Shown here one piece after another: positions 10,064-20,000 of a DNA stretch of 64,000 bases. Below the pieces are notes generated by a model. It did not search any database, was not told the origin of the DNA, and saw only the letters and a list, made by a program, of their open reading frames with translations. Source of the DNA: an uncultured Clostridia bacterium (lineage in GTDB: Bacteria; Bacillota; Clostridia; Oscillospirales; Acutalibacteraceae); contig CALFTO010000008.1 in assembly GCA_937916195.1 (NCBI GenBank), forward strand, positions 4,906 to 68,905. Reading direction: 5' to 3'. Positions within the stretch are counted from its first letter, which is position 1; each line of letters begins with the position of its first letter. The translations under genes and the position numbers were made by a program.

Positions 10064-10627
10064 ATGGATAAAGAAAGAATTGAGCGTGCCTTTCGTGAAA
10101 TTTTAATAGCAATCGGTGAAGACCCCGACCGTGAGGGTTTGGTTGAAACACCAAAACGTGTTGCAAATATGTATGAAGAGATTTTTTCGGGTCTTACCGA
10201 AAATCCTGAAAAACATCTTAAAATGTTCCGCGAGGGTCAAAGCGACGAAATCGTAATAGTTCGTGATATCCCAATGTATTCAATGTGTGAGCATCATTTC
10301 TTGCCATTTGTGGGCAAGGCTCATATTGCGTATATTCCCAACGATGATGGGCTTGTGATTGGTCTTTCAAAGCTTGCAAGAATTGTTAACAGCTATGCCC
10401 GCCGTCCACAGCTTCAAGAAAGACTTACTGCACAGATTGCAGACTTTATTCAAAAAGAAATGAACCCCAAGGGTGTTGCAGTTGTTATTGAAGCAGAGCA
10501 TCTTTGTATGACTATGCGTGGAATAAGAGCGGCAGGCTCACAAACACAGACATCTGCACTTCGCGGAACTATAAGAAAGGATGCCCGCACAAGAGCCGAG
10601 GTTATGACTCTTTTGGGTTCAAAATGA
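10064..10627 (+). CDS. folE: GTP cyclohydrolase I
   Basis: [12 protein letters not shown]...MCEHHFLPF...[11 protein letters not shown] motifs. Confidence 0.95.
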   Translation: MDKERIERAFREILIAIGEDPDREGLVETPKRVANMYEEIFSGLTENPEKHLKMFREGQSDEIVIVRDIPMYSMCEHHFLPFVGKAHIAYIPNDDGLVIGLSKLARIVNSYARRPQLQERLTAQIADFIQKEMNPKGVAVVIEAEHLCMTMRGIRAAGSQTQTSALRGTIRKDARTRAEVMTLLGSK

Positions 10628-11451
10628 TGTTTTCAGCTAAGAATTTCACTTTTACTCTTGGGGAAAAGACTTATATAATGGGCATTCTCAATGTAACTAC
10701 GGATTCGTTTTTTGACGGTGGATTATATAATTCTCCCGAAAAAGCGCTGGCGCACGCAAAAGAAATGCTCAATGACGGTGCACATATAATTGATATCGGT
10801 GCACAGTCAACTCGCCCAGGGTGTATTCAGCTTTCAGCAAACGAAGAACTTGAAATAATTAAGAATTACCTTCCAATGCTTTATAACGAAACAAATGCGG
10901 TCATTTCTGTTGATACTTTTTATCCCGAAGTAGCAGAATACGCACTTCAAAACGGCGCATCAATAATCAATGATGTTAGTGGCATTTTCAATGAAGCAAT
11001 GGCACGGCTTGTCCGCGAGTATAACTGCGGTTGGGTGATTATGCACACAGGCGGTGGCGATGCACAAACAGTACCCGAATACAAAAATTCTGTAACAGAA
11101 GATGTTGTTTCATTTTTCAACGAAACTCTTGAAAAATGTGAAGAATTCGGTATTTCTAAAAAGCAGATTATGCTCGATATGGGTATTGGCTTTGGCAAAA
11201 CTTATGAGCAGAATATTGAACTAATTAAGAATATAAATAAGCTTAAAATTAATGATGTTGCTCTGCTTACTGCGCTCTCATCAAAACGAGTTGTTGCAAC
11301 TGCGACAAATACCGACGGTTATGACAGGGTTTATGGCACAATCGCTGCAGATGTTCTGGCAATTGCTGGTGGTACAGACTTTATAAGAGTTCATAATGTA
11401 AAAGAAAACGCATTGGCGGCAAAAATGGCTGATGCGATTATCAGAGGTTAA
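10624..11451 (+). CDS. folP: dihydropteroate synthase
   Basis: [16 protein letters not shown]...[12 protein letters not shown]...GIGFGKT. ATG 10624 overlaps the folE stop (ATGA); the track ORF extends upstream in-frame. Confidence 0.93.
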   Translation: MMFSAKNFTFTLGEKTYIMGILNVTTDSFFDGGLYNSPEKALAHAKEMLNDGAHIIDIGAQSTRPGCIQLSANEELEIIKNYLPMLYNETNAVISVDTFYPEVAEYALQNGASIINDVSGIFNEAMARLVREYNCGWVIMHTGGGDAQTVPEYKNSVTEDVVSFFNETLEKCEEFGISKKQIMLDMGIGFGKTYEQNIELIKNINKLKINDVALLTALSSKRVVATATNTDGYDRVYGTIAADVLAIAGGTDFIRVHNVKENALAAKMADAIIRG

Positions 11452-11452
11452 T

Positions 11453-11815
11453 ATGGATAAAATTATTGTTAAGGATTTAAAACTTTTCTGCTATCATGGG
11501 GTTAACCCTGAAGAAAAAGTTGACGGTCAGAATTTTATATTTGATATTGAAGCTGGCGTTGATTTGACAACTCCTTGTGTAACTGATAATGTTGACGATA
11601 CGGTTAGTTATGCAAAAATCATTAAAGCTGTTCGTAGAGTGGCACAAAGCGAAAAGAATGACTTGCTTGAAAGGGTAGCACAGAGGGTTGCTGATGCGCT
11701 TTTTGAAGAATTCGATAAAATCAATACCGTTAAAATTCTTCTTAAAAAGCCTGAAGCACCAATTAAAGCAGATTTTTCATATGTGGCGGTTGAAATTGAG
11801 AGGTCAAGAGTATGA
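11453..11815 (+). CDS. folB: dihydroneopterin aldolase
   Basis: MDKIIVKDLKLFCYHGVNPEEKVDGQNFIFD...VSYAKI pattern. Starts 1 nt after the folP stop. Confidence 0.9.
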   Translation: MDKIIVKDLKLFCYHGVNPEEKVDGQNFIFDIEAGVDLTTPCVTDNVDDTVSYAKIIKAVRRVAQSEKNDLLERVAQRVADALFEEFDKINTVKILLKKPEAPIKADFSYVAVEIERSRV

Positions 11816-12294
11816 AGGCGTATCTTGGAATAGGCACAAATATCGGCGATAAACTTCAAAATCTTCAAGATGCTATTTCAGCCTTAAATCTTTTACCGCT
11901 TACTAAGGTTATCGATTGCTCAAATGTCTATGAAACAGACCCCGTAGGATATGCTAATCAAGATGATTTTTTGAACATCGTTGTTGAGGTTGAAACAGAG
12001 CTTAACTCCGATAATCTTCTTGGGGCTGCTTTGGGCATTGAAGCAGGGCTTGGCAGAGTGCGAACAATCAAAAACGGTCCTCGTATAATTGACATTGATT
12101 TGCTTTTATATGGAAACGAAGTGAAAAATACAGAAACACTTATTCTTCCACATCCTCGAATGATGGAGCGTGATTTCGTTTTAAAACCGTTACTTGATTT
12201 GAATTTTGACGGTATTTTAGACAGAAAAACAGTTGAAGATGCACTCACAAACAGCGGAGTGCGTTTTTACTGCAAAAAGGATAAATTAATATAA
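11812..12294 (+). CDS. folK: 2-amino-4-hydroxy-6-hydroxymethyldihydropteridine diphosphokinase
   Basis: AYLGIGTNIGD...YETDPVGY...NGPRIIDIDLLLY...LPHPRMMERDFVLKPL. 4-nt overlap with folB. Confidence 0.92.
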   Translation: MKAYLGIGTNIGDKLQNLQDAISALNLLPLTKVIDCSNVYETDPVGYANQDDFLNIVVEVETELNSDNLLGAALGIEAGLGRVRTIKNGPRIIDIDLLLYGNEVKNTETLILPHPRMMERDFVLKPLLDLNFDGILDRKTVEDALTNSGVRFYCKKDKLI

Positions 12295-12316
12295 TATCAG
12301 CGTTTTTGGGTGGTTT

Positions 12317-13192
12317 ATGAATTACATAATAATGGATTTAGAGTGGAACAATTCTTATATGAAATCCGCTGAAAAATTTATAAATGAAATAATTGAAATT
12401 GGTGCGGTGAAACTCGACGAAGAACGTAATACTGTTGATAGCTTTTCAGAACTTATTAAGCCCGTAGTTTCAAAAAAGCTTCGTTCAAGAATAAAAAATC
12501 TTACTCATATTACAAATGAAGATGTTCGTCACGGCAGACCTTTTAAGGAGGTTATTGAAGATTTCAAAAAATGGGTAGGGGATGACGCCTTAATTATGAC
12601 TTGGGGCGACACTGATATAAGAACTCTGCAAACAAATTTTAAATATTTTCTTAACAAAAAGAATATTGAATTTATTACAAAGTACGCTGATTTGCAGAAG
12701 TTTTGTCAGTGTTTTATAAATATGGAGAATGTTCAGCAGGCAGGTCTTTCTTATGCGGCTGAGTGTCTTGAAATCGACCCCGAGAAATATCCTCATCACA
12801 GAGCACTTGACGATAGCTTGCTCAGTGCTGAATGCTTTAAAAAGGTGTTTGATGCCGATAAATTGACCCAATTTATTAAAGTTTGTGATAATGATTTTTA
12901 TGCAAGGCTCGATTTTAAGCCATATGTAATTAAAGATAAAAACGACCCGTTGATTGATAAAAACCTCTTTAATTGCTATTGTGACATTTGTGGCGGTAAG
13001 GTTGAAACAAAAAAGAAATGGAAATTTATGAATCAATCCTTCCGCGGAGTATTCTTCTGCCCTAATTGTAATCGAGAATTCAGAGTAAATCTTCGCGTTA
13101 AAAAGTTTTATGACAGACTTGACATCAAACGAAATTACAGCGAAATTATTCATACAAAAGAAAATGACGATAAAAAAGAACCGACAGCTTAA
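12317..13192 (+). CDS. DEDDh 3'-5' exonuclease (KapD/ERI-like) with C-terminal Cys-cluster zinc ribbon
   Basis: Exo motifs IIMDLEWN, EIIEIGAV, HRALDDS. C-terminal CYCDICGG...CPNCN. Confidence 0.8.
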   Translation: MNYIIMDLEWNNSYMKSAEKFINEIIEIGAVKLDEERNTVDSFSELIKPVVSKKLRSRIKNLTHITNEDVRHGRPFKEVIEDFKKWVGDDALIMTWGDTDIRTLQTNFKYFLNKKNIEFITKYADLQKFCQCFINMENVQQAGLSYAAECLEIDPEKYPHHRALDDSLLSAECFKKVFDADKLTQFIKVCDNDFYARLDFKPYVIKDKNDPLIDKNLFNCYCDICGGKVETKKKWKFMNQSFRGVFFCPNCNREFRVNLRVKKFYDRLDIKRNYSEIIHTKENDDKKEPTA

Positions 13193-13205
13193 TTGCTATC
13201 GGTTC
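13178..13205. terminator. bidirectional hairpin between convergent exonuclease gene and serA
   Basis: GAACCGACAGC-TTAATT-GCTATCGGTTC (one mismatch), overlapping the exonuclease stop codon. Confidence 0.55.
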
Positions 13206-13221
13206 TTCGCTTTTATTGTGA

Positions 13222-14385
13222 TTATTTTAAAACTCTTATTCTGATAATTCCGCTAATTTTCTTAAGTGCTTCAATGGCTTCGGGTGAGGGCTCTGTGTCG
13301 GTCTCAACAATTGTGTAAGCATATTCGCCCTTTGATTTGTTTACCATATTGTCAATGTTAACATCCTCATTTGCGAAAGCAGATGTAATCTTGCTTACAA
13401 TACCTGAAATGTTCTTGTGAGCGATTGTAAGTCTGTGCTTGTCGCTTGCGGGTAATGAAATTGCGGGGAAGTTGACAGAGTTCACGATATTTCCGTTTTC
13501 AAGGAAATCAGCAACCTGGTCTACCGCCATAATTGCACAGTTGTCTTCTGATTCGGGTGTTGATGCACCAAGGTGGGGGATTGCAATAACGCCGGGCGCA
13601 CCAATTACAGCATCATTTGGAAAATCAGTTACATAAGCCGCAACCTTACCGTTTTGCAAAGCTTCAAGAATATCGTTTGTATCAACAAGCTCGCCACGTG
13701 CAAAGTTAAGAATACGAACTGCATCCTTCATTTGAGTAATTGTGTCTTTATTTACAAGACCTCTTGTACCGTCGTTGAGCGGAACGTGAAGAGAAATATA
13801 ATCTGAATTTGTAATAATTTCGTTTAAATCATCTGTAAATTTAACGTGATGATTAAGATTGATACTCTGCTTAACTGAAAGGTAGGGGTCATAGCCAATA
13901 ACTTTCATACCAAGAGCCGCCGCGGTGTTAGCAACGAGAATACCGATTGCACCCAAGCCTACAACACCTAAGGTTTTGCCAAGAATTTCGGGTCCTGCAA
14001 AAGCACTCTTGCCTTTTTCTACATCCTTGGGTACTGTGTCACCGTTACCCTTAAGTGTCTTTGCCCATTCAATTGCGGGAATAACCTTTCTTGATGCGAG
14101 AAGAAGTCCTGCGATTACAAGCTCTTTAACTGCATTTGCGTTTGCGCCGGGAGTGTTGAACACAACAACTCCGTCTTCGCTACATTTATCAACAGGAATA
14201 TTGTTAACGCCTGCGCCTGCACGAGCAATTGCGATAGTATTTTCATTCAAAACCATATCGTGCATTGATGCTGAACGCACAAGAATTGCATCGGGTGCTT
14301 CTGTATTTGCAGAGTAGTTGTATTTATCACTGAAACGGCAAAGTCCGGTTTCAGAAATCTTGTTGAGTGTAAGTATATTGTACAT
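13222..14385 (-). CDS. serA: D-3-phosphoglycerate dehydrogenase with C-terminal ACT domain
   Basis: GVVGLGAIG NAD fold, catalytic ...FARGELVD...HLGAST..., ACT-like tail. Sits downstream of serC. Confidence 0.9.
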   Translation of the reverse strand: MYNILTLNKISETGLCRFSDKYNYSANTEAPDAILVRSASMHDMVLNENTIAIARAGAGVNNIPVDKCSEDGVVVFNTPGANANAVKELVIAGLLLASRKVIPAIEWAKTLKGNGDTVPKDVEKGKSAFAGPEILGKTLGVVGLGAIGILVANTAAALGMKVIGYDPYLSVKQSINLNHHVKFTDDLNEIITNSDYISLHVPLNDGTRGLVNKDTITQMKDAVRILNFARGELVDTNDILEALQNGKVAAYVTDFPNDAVIGAPGVIAIPHLGASTPESEDNCAIMAVDQVADFLENGNIVNSVNFPAISLPASDKHRLTIAHKNISGIVSKITSAFANEDVNIDNMVNKSKGEYAYTIVETDTEPSPEAIEALKKISGIIRIRVLK

Positions 14386-14405
14386 AATAATAGCCCCTTA
14401 TTTCT

Positions 14406-15485
14406 TTAAGAATTTGCTTTTTCAAAGTCAGCCATGAATGCTACAAGCTTTTCAACGCCTTCAACGGGCATTGCGTTATAGATTGATGCTCTCATACCGC
14501 CAACAGTTCTGTGACCTTTAAGGTTTACAAAGCCAGCTTCGGTTGCTTCTTTAATGAATTTAGCATTAAGCTCTTCGCTGTCTGTAACAAATGGAACATT
14601 CATAAGTGAACGGTCTTCAGGAACTACTGTTCCCTTGAACATCTTGCTGTTATCAAGAAAATCGTAAAGAATTTTTGCTTTCTTTTCATTTCTCTCTTTC
14701 ATTGCTTCAAGTCCTCCCATTTCTTTAAGCCATTCAAGAACAAGCTTGCAGATGTAAATTGTGTAGCAGGGGGGAGTGTTGTAAAGAGAATCATTGTCAG
14801 CCATTGTTTTATAGTTGAGCATTGTGGGAGTGATGTCTCTTGCGTTTCCGAGCATATCCTCACGGATAATACAGATTGTAAGTCCTGCGGGTGCAACATT
14901 CTTCTGTGCACCGCCATAAACCATTGCAAACTTTGTAACATCAATAGGCTCTGAAAGGAAGCAAGATGAAATATCTGCAATAAGCGGAACATCTGTGTCG
15001 GGCAATTCGTGATAAACAGTACCGTAAATTGTATTGTTCATACAGATATAGAAATAGTCTGCATCCTTTGTGAATGTTGATTTGTCAAGCTTAGGGATAT
15101 ATGAGAATGTTTTGTCAGCAGAAGATGCCACAACATTGCATTCGCCGTATTTTTGAGCTTCCTGATAAGCTTTTTTTGCCCACTGACCTGTAATTACAAA
15201 GTCAGCCTTACCATTTTTATTCATAAAGTTGAGGGGGATTGCTGCAAACTGTGTTGATGCACCACCCTGCAAGAAAAGAACCTTATAATTGTCCGGAATA
15301 TTCATAAGCTCACGAAGAAGCTGTTCTGCACCTTTAATAATACTGTCATATACCTTTGAACGATGGCTCATTTCCATAACTGACTGACCGCTGCCCTCAT
15401 AATCGAGCATTTCTGCCGCAGCCTTTTTAAGTACCTCTTCGGGAAGCATTGAGGGACCCGCTGAAAAATTGTAAACTCTTGCCAT
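14406..15485 (-). CDS. serC: 3-phosphoserine aminotransferase
   Basis: MARVYNFSAGPSMLPEEVL...GGAQKNVAPAG (PLP Lys). GGAGG RBS precedes ATG 15485; the track ORF starts 30 nt further upstream. Confidence 0.93.
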   Translation of the reverse strand: MARVYNFSAGPSMLPEEVLKKAAAEMLDYEGSGQSVMEMSHRSKVYDSIIKGAEQLLRELMNIPDNYKVLFLQGGASTQFAAIPLNFMNKNGKADFVITGQWAKKAYQEAQKYGECNVVASSADKTFSYIPKLDKSTFTKDADYFYICMNNTIYGTVYHELPDTDVPLIADISSCFLSEPIDVTKFAMVYGGAQKNVAPAGLTICIIREDMLGNARDITPTMLNYKTMADNDSLYNTPPCYTIYICKLVLEWLKEMGGLEAMKERNEKKAKILYDFLDNSKMFKGTVVPEDRSLMNVPFVTDSEELNAKFIKEATEAGFVNLKGHRTVGGMRASIYNAMPVEGVEKLVAFMADFEKANS

Positions 15486-15551
15486 AATAAAGACCTCCAA
15501 AAAATACTTTTTCACAATCAGTATATGTGGTTTCGATTGCGTATTGACCGT

Positions 15552-15580
15552 ATTGTAGCAGAGAAATATCTAAATGTCAA
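15552..15580 (-). promoter_or_regulatory. sigma-A-type promoter for serC-serA
   Basis: On the minus strand: TTGACA (15580-15575), 17-bp spacer, TACAAT (15557-15552). Confidence 0.5.
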
Positions 15581-15638
15581 CCACTTATTTAAAAAATTAA
15601 CAAAGAAATTTAATGAGTTAAATTAAAATCAGCAAAAG

Positions 15639-15659
15639 ATTGTTAAAAACATTAACAAT
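15639..15659. repeat. perfect 8-bp inverted repeat between the divergent serC and lon promoters
   Basis: ATTGTTAA-AAACA-TTAACAAT. Confidence 0.6.
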
Positions 15660-15702
15660 ACACACAAGAAAATCACTTTTTCAAAAAAATTAGCACAATT
15701 TC

Positions 15703-15731
15703 TTGCAGTAAAAAAGTTTTTATTATATAAT
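15703..15731 (+). promoter_or_regulatory. sigma-A-type promoter for lon
   Basis: -35 TTGCAG (15703-15708), 17-bp spacer, -10 TATAAT (15726-15731). Confidence 0.5.
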
Positions 15732-15766
15732 ATAAATTCAACAATAGGAGTGATATATTTAAATCT

Positions 15767-18118
15767 ATGGAAAATAGCAAAAACTTATTTAATGAATTCA
15801 ATGAAAAATCCTTTTCAATGCCAATGGTGGCATTGAGAGGCCTTGTAATATTTCCCGAAATGACAATGCATTTTGACGTTGGCAGACAAAAATCAGTCCG
15901 TGCAATTCGCGCCGCAATGGAAAAGAAAACCAATGTTTTTCTTGCCGCGCAAATGGATGTCGAGTGCGATGACCCACGTTATGATGATTTGTATTCTGCA
16001 GGTGTAGTTTGTGAAATCAAGCAGGTGATGAAGCTTCCGGGCACTGACACATTGCGCGTGGTTGTTCATGGGCTTTATCGTGCAGAGCTTATTCACATTG
16101 CATCTGCTAATCCTTATCTTTCTGCAATTGTACATAAAATTGAAACTGAAAAGGTTGTTGCAGAAGATAAAATGTATGAAGAAGCACTTGTGCGCCGTCT
16201 GATAAGCACTTTTGAAGAATATGCTTACTTTCTTCCAAAGCTTCCGCCCGATATTATTGTGGGTGTTTCTGTTCGCAAAGAGGCATCAGAGATTACAGAT
16301 TACATACTTTCAAACATTCCTCTTGAGTATTCCTCAAAGCAATCCTTACTTGAAGAGCTTAACCCTTTAAAAAGAGCAGAGCGTCTTTGTGTAATTCTTA
16401 CCCGTGAAATCGAGTTGCTTGCAATCGAAGAGGAAATCAATGAAAAAGTTCAGGAGCAAATGGAAGAAAATCAGCGTGATTATTATCTTCGTGAGCAGAT
16501 TAAAGCTATTTCAGAAGAACTTAACGAGGGCGATGGTGCAATAAGCGAGGCTGAAAGCTATAAAGAAAAAATCAAGGCTATCGGTTTTTCTGAAGATACA
16601 GAGAAAAAGCTTCTTAAAGAGTGCGACCGTATGATGAAAATGCAGTCCTCAAGCCCTGAGTCTGCAGTAATCAGAAATTATCTTGATAAGGTTGTTTCTC
16701 TCCCTTGGAATGTGTTTACAGACGATAATCTCGATATTGAAAATGCAATGTCAATTCTTGACGAAGACCATTACGGACTTCGTGATGTAAAAGACAGAAT
16801 TATCGAGTTTCTTGCAGTAAGAAAAATTAATCCCGATATTAAAGGTCAGATTATCTGTCTTGCAGGTCCTCCCGGTGTCGGCAAAACCTCGATTGCAAAG
16901 TCTTTAGCTCGTGCTATGGGCAGAAGCTATGCACGAATTTCATTGGGCGGTGTCCGTGACGAAGCAGATATAAGAGGCCACAGAAAAACTTATATCGGCT
17001 CAATGCCGGGTAGAATTATAGAGGCTATTGAGAGTGCGAAAAGTTCAAATCCGCTTATTCTTCTTGATGAGGTGGATAAGCTTGGTTCTGACCATCGCGG
17101 TGACCCATCATCAGCACTTTTAGAGGTGCTTGACGGTGAACAGAATAACACCTTTGTTGACCATTATCTTGAAATTCCTTACGATTTGAGTCGAGTGCTT
17201 TTCATTACTACTGCCAACGATAAGAGCCGAATTCCTGCTCCGCTTCTTGATAGAATGGAAATTATTGATTTGCCCGGCTATACATACGAAGAAAAATTTA
17301 ATATTGCTAAAAAACATTTAGTGCCAAAGCAGATTAAAGCAAACGGACTTAAAAAGTCTAATGTAAAAATAACTGATAAGGCTCTCAAAGACATTATAAG
17401 CGGTTATACTAAAGAAGCAGGCGTGCGTGTGCTTGAGCGTACAATCGCATCAGTTCTTCGCAAAATCGCAGTTGAATATGCTAAGGGATATGACGGTAAG
17501 ATTTCCGTAAAACCAAACGAGCTTGAAAAGCATTTAGGTCCTGTAAAATTTAAGCCTGACGATACAGTAAAAGAAAATCGCGTAGGTGTTGTTAACGGAC
17601 TTGCATATACTTCTGTCGGTGGCTCAATGCTCACAGTTGAGGTTGCTGTAATGGATGGAACTGGTAAGCTTGAACTTACAGGCTCGCTCGGTGATGTGAT
17701 TAAAGAGTCAGCAAAAGCAGCAGTAAGCTATATCCGTACAAATGCCGAAAAATACAGAATTGATAAAGATTTTTATCAGAATAAAGATATTCATATTCAC
17801 TTCCCGGAGAGTGCAGTGCCCAAAGATGGTCCTTCAGCGGGTGTTACAATTTTCACTGCTCTTGTTTCAGCACTTTCTGGCTGTAAGGTCAGAGCAGACG
17901 TTGCAATGACTGGCGAAATTACAATCACAGGCAGAGTGCTCGCAATTGGTGGACTTCGCGAAAAAACAATGGCGGCATATATTGAAGGAATTAAAACCGT
18001 AATTGTGCCTGAGGCAAACAGAAGTGACCTTCAACAAATTGATGAAAAGGTAAAAGAAAAGCTGAATTTTGTGTTCGCCACAACAGGTGACGATGTGCTC
18101 AAAACAGCTTTGGTGTAA
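15767..18118 (+). CDS. lon: ATP-dependent endopeptidase La (Lon)
   Basis: LON N-domain, Walker A GPPGVGKTS, protease site PKDGPSAGV with the catalytic Ser. Confidence 0.96.
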   Translation: MENSKNLFNEFNEKSFSMPMVALRGLVIFPEMTMHFDVGRQKSVRAIRAAMEKKTNVFLAAQMDVECDDPRYDDLYSAGVVCEIKQVMKLPGTDTLRVVVHGLYRAELIHIASANPYLSAIVHKIETEKVVAEDKMYEEALVRRLISTFEEYAYFLPKLPPDIIVGVSVRKEASEITDYILSNIPLEYSSKQSLLEELNPLKRAERLCVILTREIELLAIEEEINEKVQEQMEENQRDYYLREQIKAISEELNEGDGAISEAESYKEKIKAIGFSEDTEKKLLKECDRMMKMQSSSPESAVIRNYLDKVVSLPWNVFTDDNLDIENAMSILDEDHYGLRDVKDRIIEFLAVRKINPDIKGQIICLAGPPGVGKTSIAKSLARAMGRSYARISLGGVRDEADIRGHRKTYIGSMPGRIIEAIESAKSSNPLILLDEVDKLGSDHRGDPSSALLEVLDGEQNNTFVDHYLEIPYDLSRVLFITTANDKSRIPAPLLDRMEIIDLPGYTYEEKFNIAKKHLVPKQIKANGLKKSNVKITDKALKDIISGYTKEAGVRVLERTIASVLRKIAVEYAKGYDGKISVKPNELEKHLGPVKFKPDDTVKENRVGVVNGLAYTSVGGSMLTVEVAVMDGTGKLELTGSLGDVIKESAKAAVSYIRTNAEKYRIDKDFYQNKDIHIHFPESAVPKDGPSAGVTIFTALVSALSGCKVRADVAMTGEITITGRVLAIGGLREKTMAAYIEGIKTVIVPEANRSDLQQIDEKVKEKLNFVFATTGDDVLKTALV

Positions 18119-18121
18119 ATT

Positions 18122-18709
18122 ATGAGATACGATAAAGCAGAATTCAAAGCAGCTTACGGCACATTCGGTCAGTTGCCCGAAAGCGATTTACCCGAAATTG
18201 CATTTGCAGGCCGTTCAAATGTGGGCAAAAGCTCACTTCTCAATAAACTTTTTCAGCGTAAAAGTTTGGCAAGAGTAAGTTCGGTCCCCGGCAAAACGAT
18301 TACAATCAATTTTTATGAGGCTGAAAATGTCAATTTTGTAGATTTGCCCGGTTACGGCTATGCAAAGGTGGCTAAAACTGAAAAACAGCGTTGGGCTGAA
18401 ATGATGGAAGGATATTTTAATTCCGACCGTAACATAAAACTCGTTGTTCAACTTGTTGATATGCGCCATCCGCCGACGAGGGACGATATAATGATGATGG
18501 AATTCCTGCAGGCTAACGGCTATGAATTTATTGTTGTTATGACAAAAGCGGACAAGCTTAAAAAGAAAAAAGAATACAACGAACGAATTGAGAATTCAAA
18601 AAATGAGATGAGCTTTGTGCCCGAAGACAGAATTATTCCGTTCTCATCTGAAACGGGTGCAGGACTTGATACATTAAAGAAATTCATTGAAGAGTATTTA
18701 GGAGAATGA
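18122..18709 (+). CDS. engB: ribosome biogenesis GTP-binding protein YsxC/EngB
   Basis: GRSNVGKSSLLN (G1), DLPGYG (G3), TKADK (G4). Conserved position after lon. Confidence 0.93.
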   Translation: MRYDKAEFKAAYGTFGQLPESDLPEIAFAGRSNVGKSSLLNKLFQRKSLARVSSVPGKTITINFYEAENVNFVDLPGYGYAKVAKTEKQRWAEMMEGYFNSDRNIKLVVQLVDMRHPPTRDDIMMMEFLQANGYEFIVVMTKADKLKKKKEYNERIENSKNEMSFVPEDRIIPFSSETGAGLDTLKKFIEEYLGE

Positions 18710-18712
18710 AAA

Positions 18713-19984
18713 ATGAGCAAAACACCTTTTACAACTAAAGAAAAATTAGAAGAAATTGCAAAGGTTTATCCAACACCTTTCCACCTTTACGACGAGGCAG
18801 GCATCCGTAAAAATGCCGAAAACCTTAAAAAAGCGTTCGCTTGGAATAAAGGCTTTAAAGAATATTTCGCAGTTAAAGCTACTCCCAACCCATTCCTTAT
18901 CAATATTTTAAGAGAATACGGCTGTGGTTGTGACTGTTCATCTATTACTGAGCTTATGCTTTCAAAGGCAATCGGTGCAGTTGGTGACGATGTAATGTTC
19001 TCATCAAATGATACACCTCCCGCAGAGTTCAAATTTGCTGACGATATGGGTGCAATCATTAATCTTGACGATATTACACATATTGATATTCTTGAAAAGA
19101 CCTTGGGTTACATCCCAAAGAAAATTTCTTGCCGTTATAATCCGGGCGGATATTTCTCTATTGCCAATAATATTATGGATAACCCCGGTGACGCTAAATA
19201 TGGTATGACAACCGAACAACTTTTTGAGGCATTTAAAACTCTTAAAGCGAAGGGCGCAGAGGAGTTCGGTATTCACGCATTTCTTGCAAGTAACACAGTT
19301 ACAAATGAGTATTATCCCACACTTGCAAAAACTCTTTTTGAGGTTGCAGTAAAGCTTAAAGAAGAAACAGGTGCACATATTAAGTTTATTAATCTCTCAG
19401 GCGGTATCGGTATTCCTTATCGTCCCGACCAAGAGGGTAACGATATCTTTGCAATCGGCGAGGGTGTAAGAAAGGTTTATGAAGAAGTGCTCATACCAGC
19501 GGGTATGGATGATGTTGCAATCTACACAGAGCTTGGCAGATTTATGCTCGCTCCTTACGGTGCTCTTGTAACACGTGCAATAAATGAAAAGCATACTCAT
19601 AAAGAGTATATTGGAGTAGATGCTTGTGCAGTTAACCTTATGCGTCCTGCTATGTACGGTGCATATCATCATATCACCGTAATGGGTAAAGAAAACGAGC
19701 CTTATGATTATAAATATGATGTAACAGGTTCACTTTGTGAAAATAACGATAAGTTCGCAATTGACAGAATGTTACCTAAGGTTGATATGGGCGATTTACT
19801 TTATATTCACGATACAGGTGCTCACGGCTTTGCAATGGGTTATAACTATAACGGTAAACTTAAATCAGCAGAAATTCTTCTTAAAGAGGACGGAAGCTTT
19901 GAACTTATCCGCCGTGCAGAAACTCCTGCAGATTATTTTGCAACCTTTGATTGCTTTGATTTCTATAAAAAAGTTACTGAATAA
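18713..19984 (+). CDS. lysA: diaminopimelate decarboxylase (fold-type III PLP enzyme)
   Basis: YPTPFHLYDE...FAVKATPNP (PLP Lys)...GGIGIPY...GSLCENNDKF...HDTGAHG. Confidence 0.8.
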   Translation: MSKTPFTTKEKLEEIAKVYPTPFHLYDEAGIRKNAENLKKAFAWNKGFKEYFAVKATPNPFLINILREYGCGCDCSSITELMLSKAIGAVGDDVMFSSNDTPPAEFKFADDMGAIINLDDITHIDILEKTLGYIPKKISCRYNPGGYFSIANNIMDNPGDAKYGMTTEQLFEAFKTLKAKGAEEFGIHAFLASNTVTNEYYPTLAKTLFEVAVKLKEETGAHIKFINLSGGIGIPYRPDQEGNDIFAIGEGVRKVYEEVLIPAGMDDVAIYTELGRFMLAPYGALVTRAINEKHTHKEYIGVDACAVNLMRPAMYGAYHHITVMGKENEPYDYKYDVTGSLCENNDKFAIDRMLPKVDMGDLLYIHDTGAHGFAMGYNYNGKLKSAEILLKEDGSFELIRRAETPADYFATFDCFDFYKKVTE

Positions 19985-20000
19985 AGTCTGAGGTATTAAA

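Noticed and set aside
12590-13153. 187-aa ORF antisense to the exonuclease gene. Similar long antisense ORFs lie at 7417-7884, 22826-23239, 24012-24470, 43530-44003 and 53052-53465.
   Set aside because: Each lies fully inside (or, for 53052-53465, across the end of) a sense-strand gene with clear family motifs. They have low-complexity or odd composition, no RBS and no recognisable motifs. They are typical shadow ORFs of AT-rich coding DNA.
15528-15629. 33-codon plus-strand ORF in the serC-lon intergenic region.
   Set aside because: It has no RBS and overlaps the well-formed minus-strand serC promoter, so it is most likely a chance ORF in AT-rich DNA.
15690-15696. TTAGCAC upstream of lon, as a possible CIRCE (HrcA) operator.
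   Set aside because: Only one half-site is present, and the 9-nt-spaced inverted partner GAGTGCTAA is absent. No CtsR-type GGTCAAA direct repeat was seen upstream of clpP or lon either.
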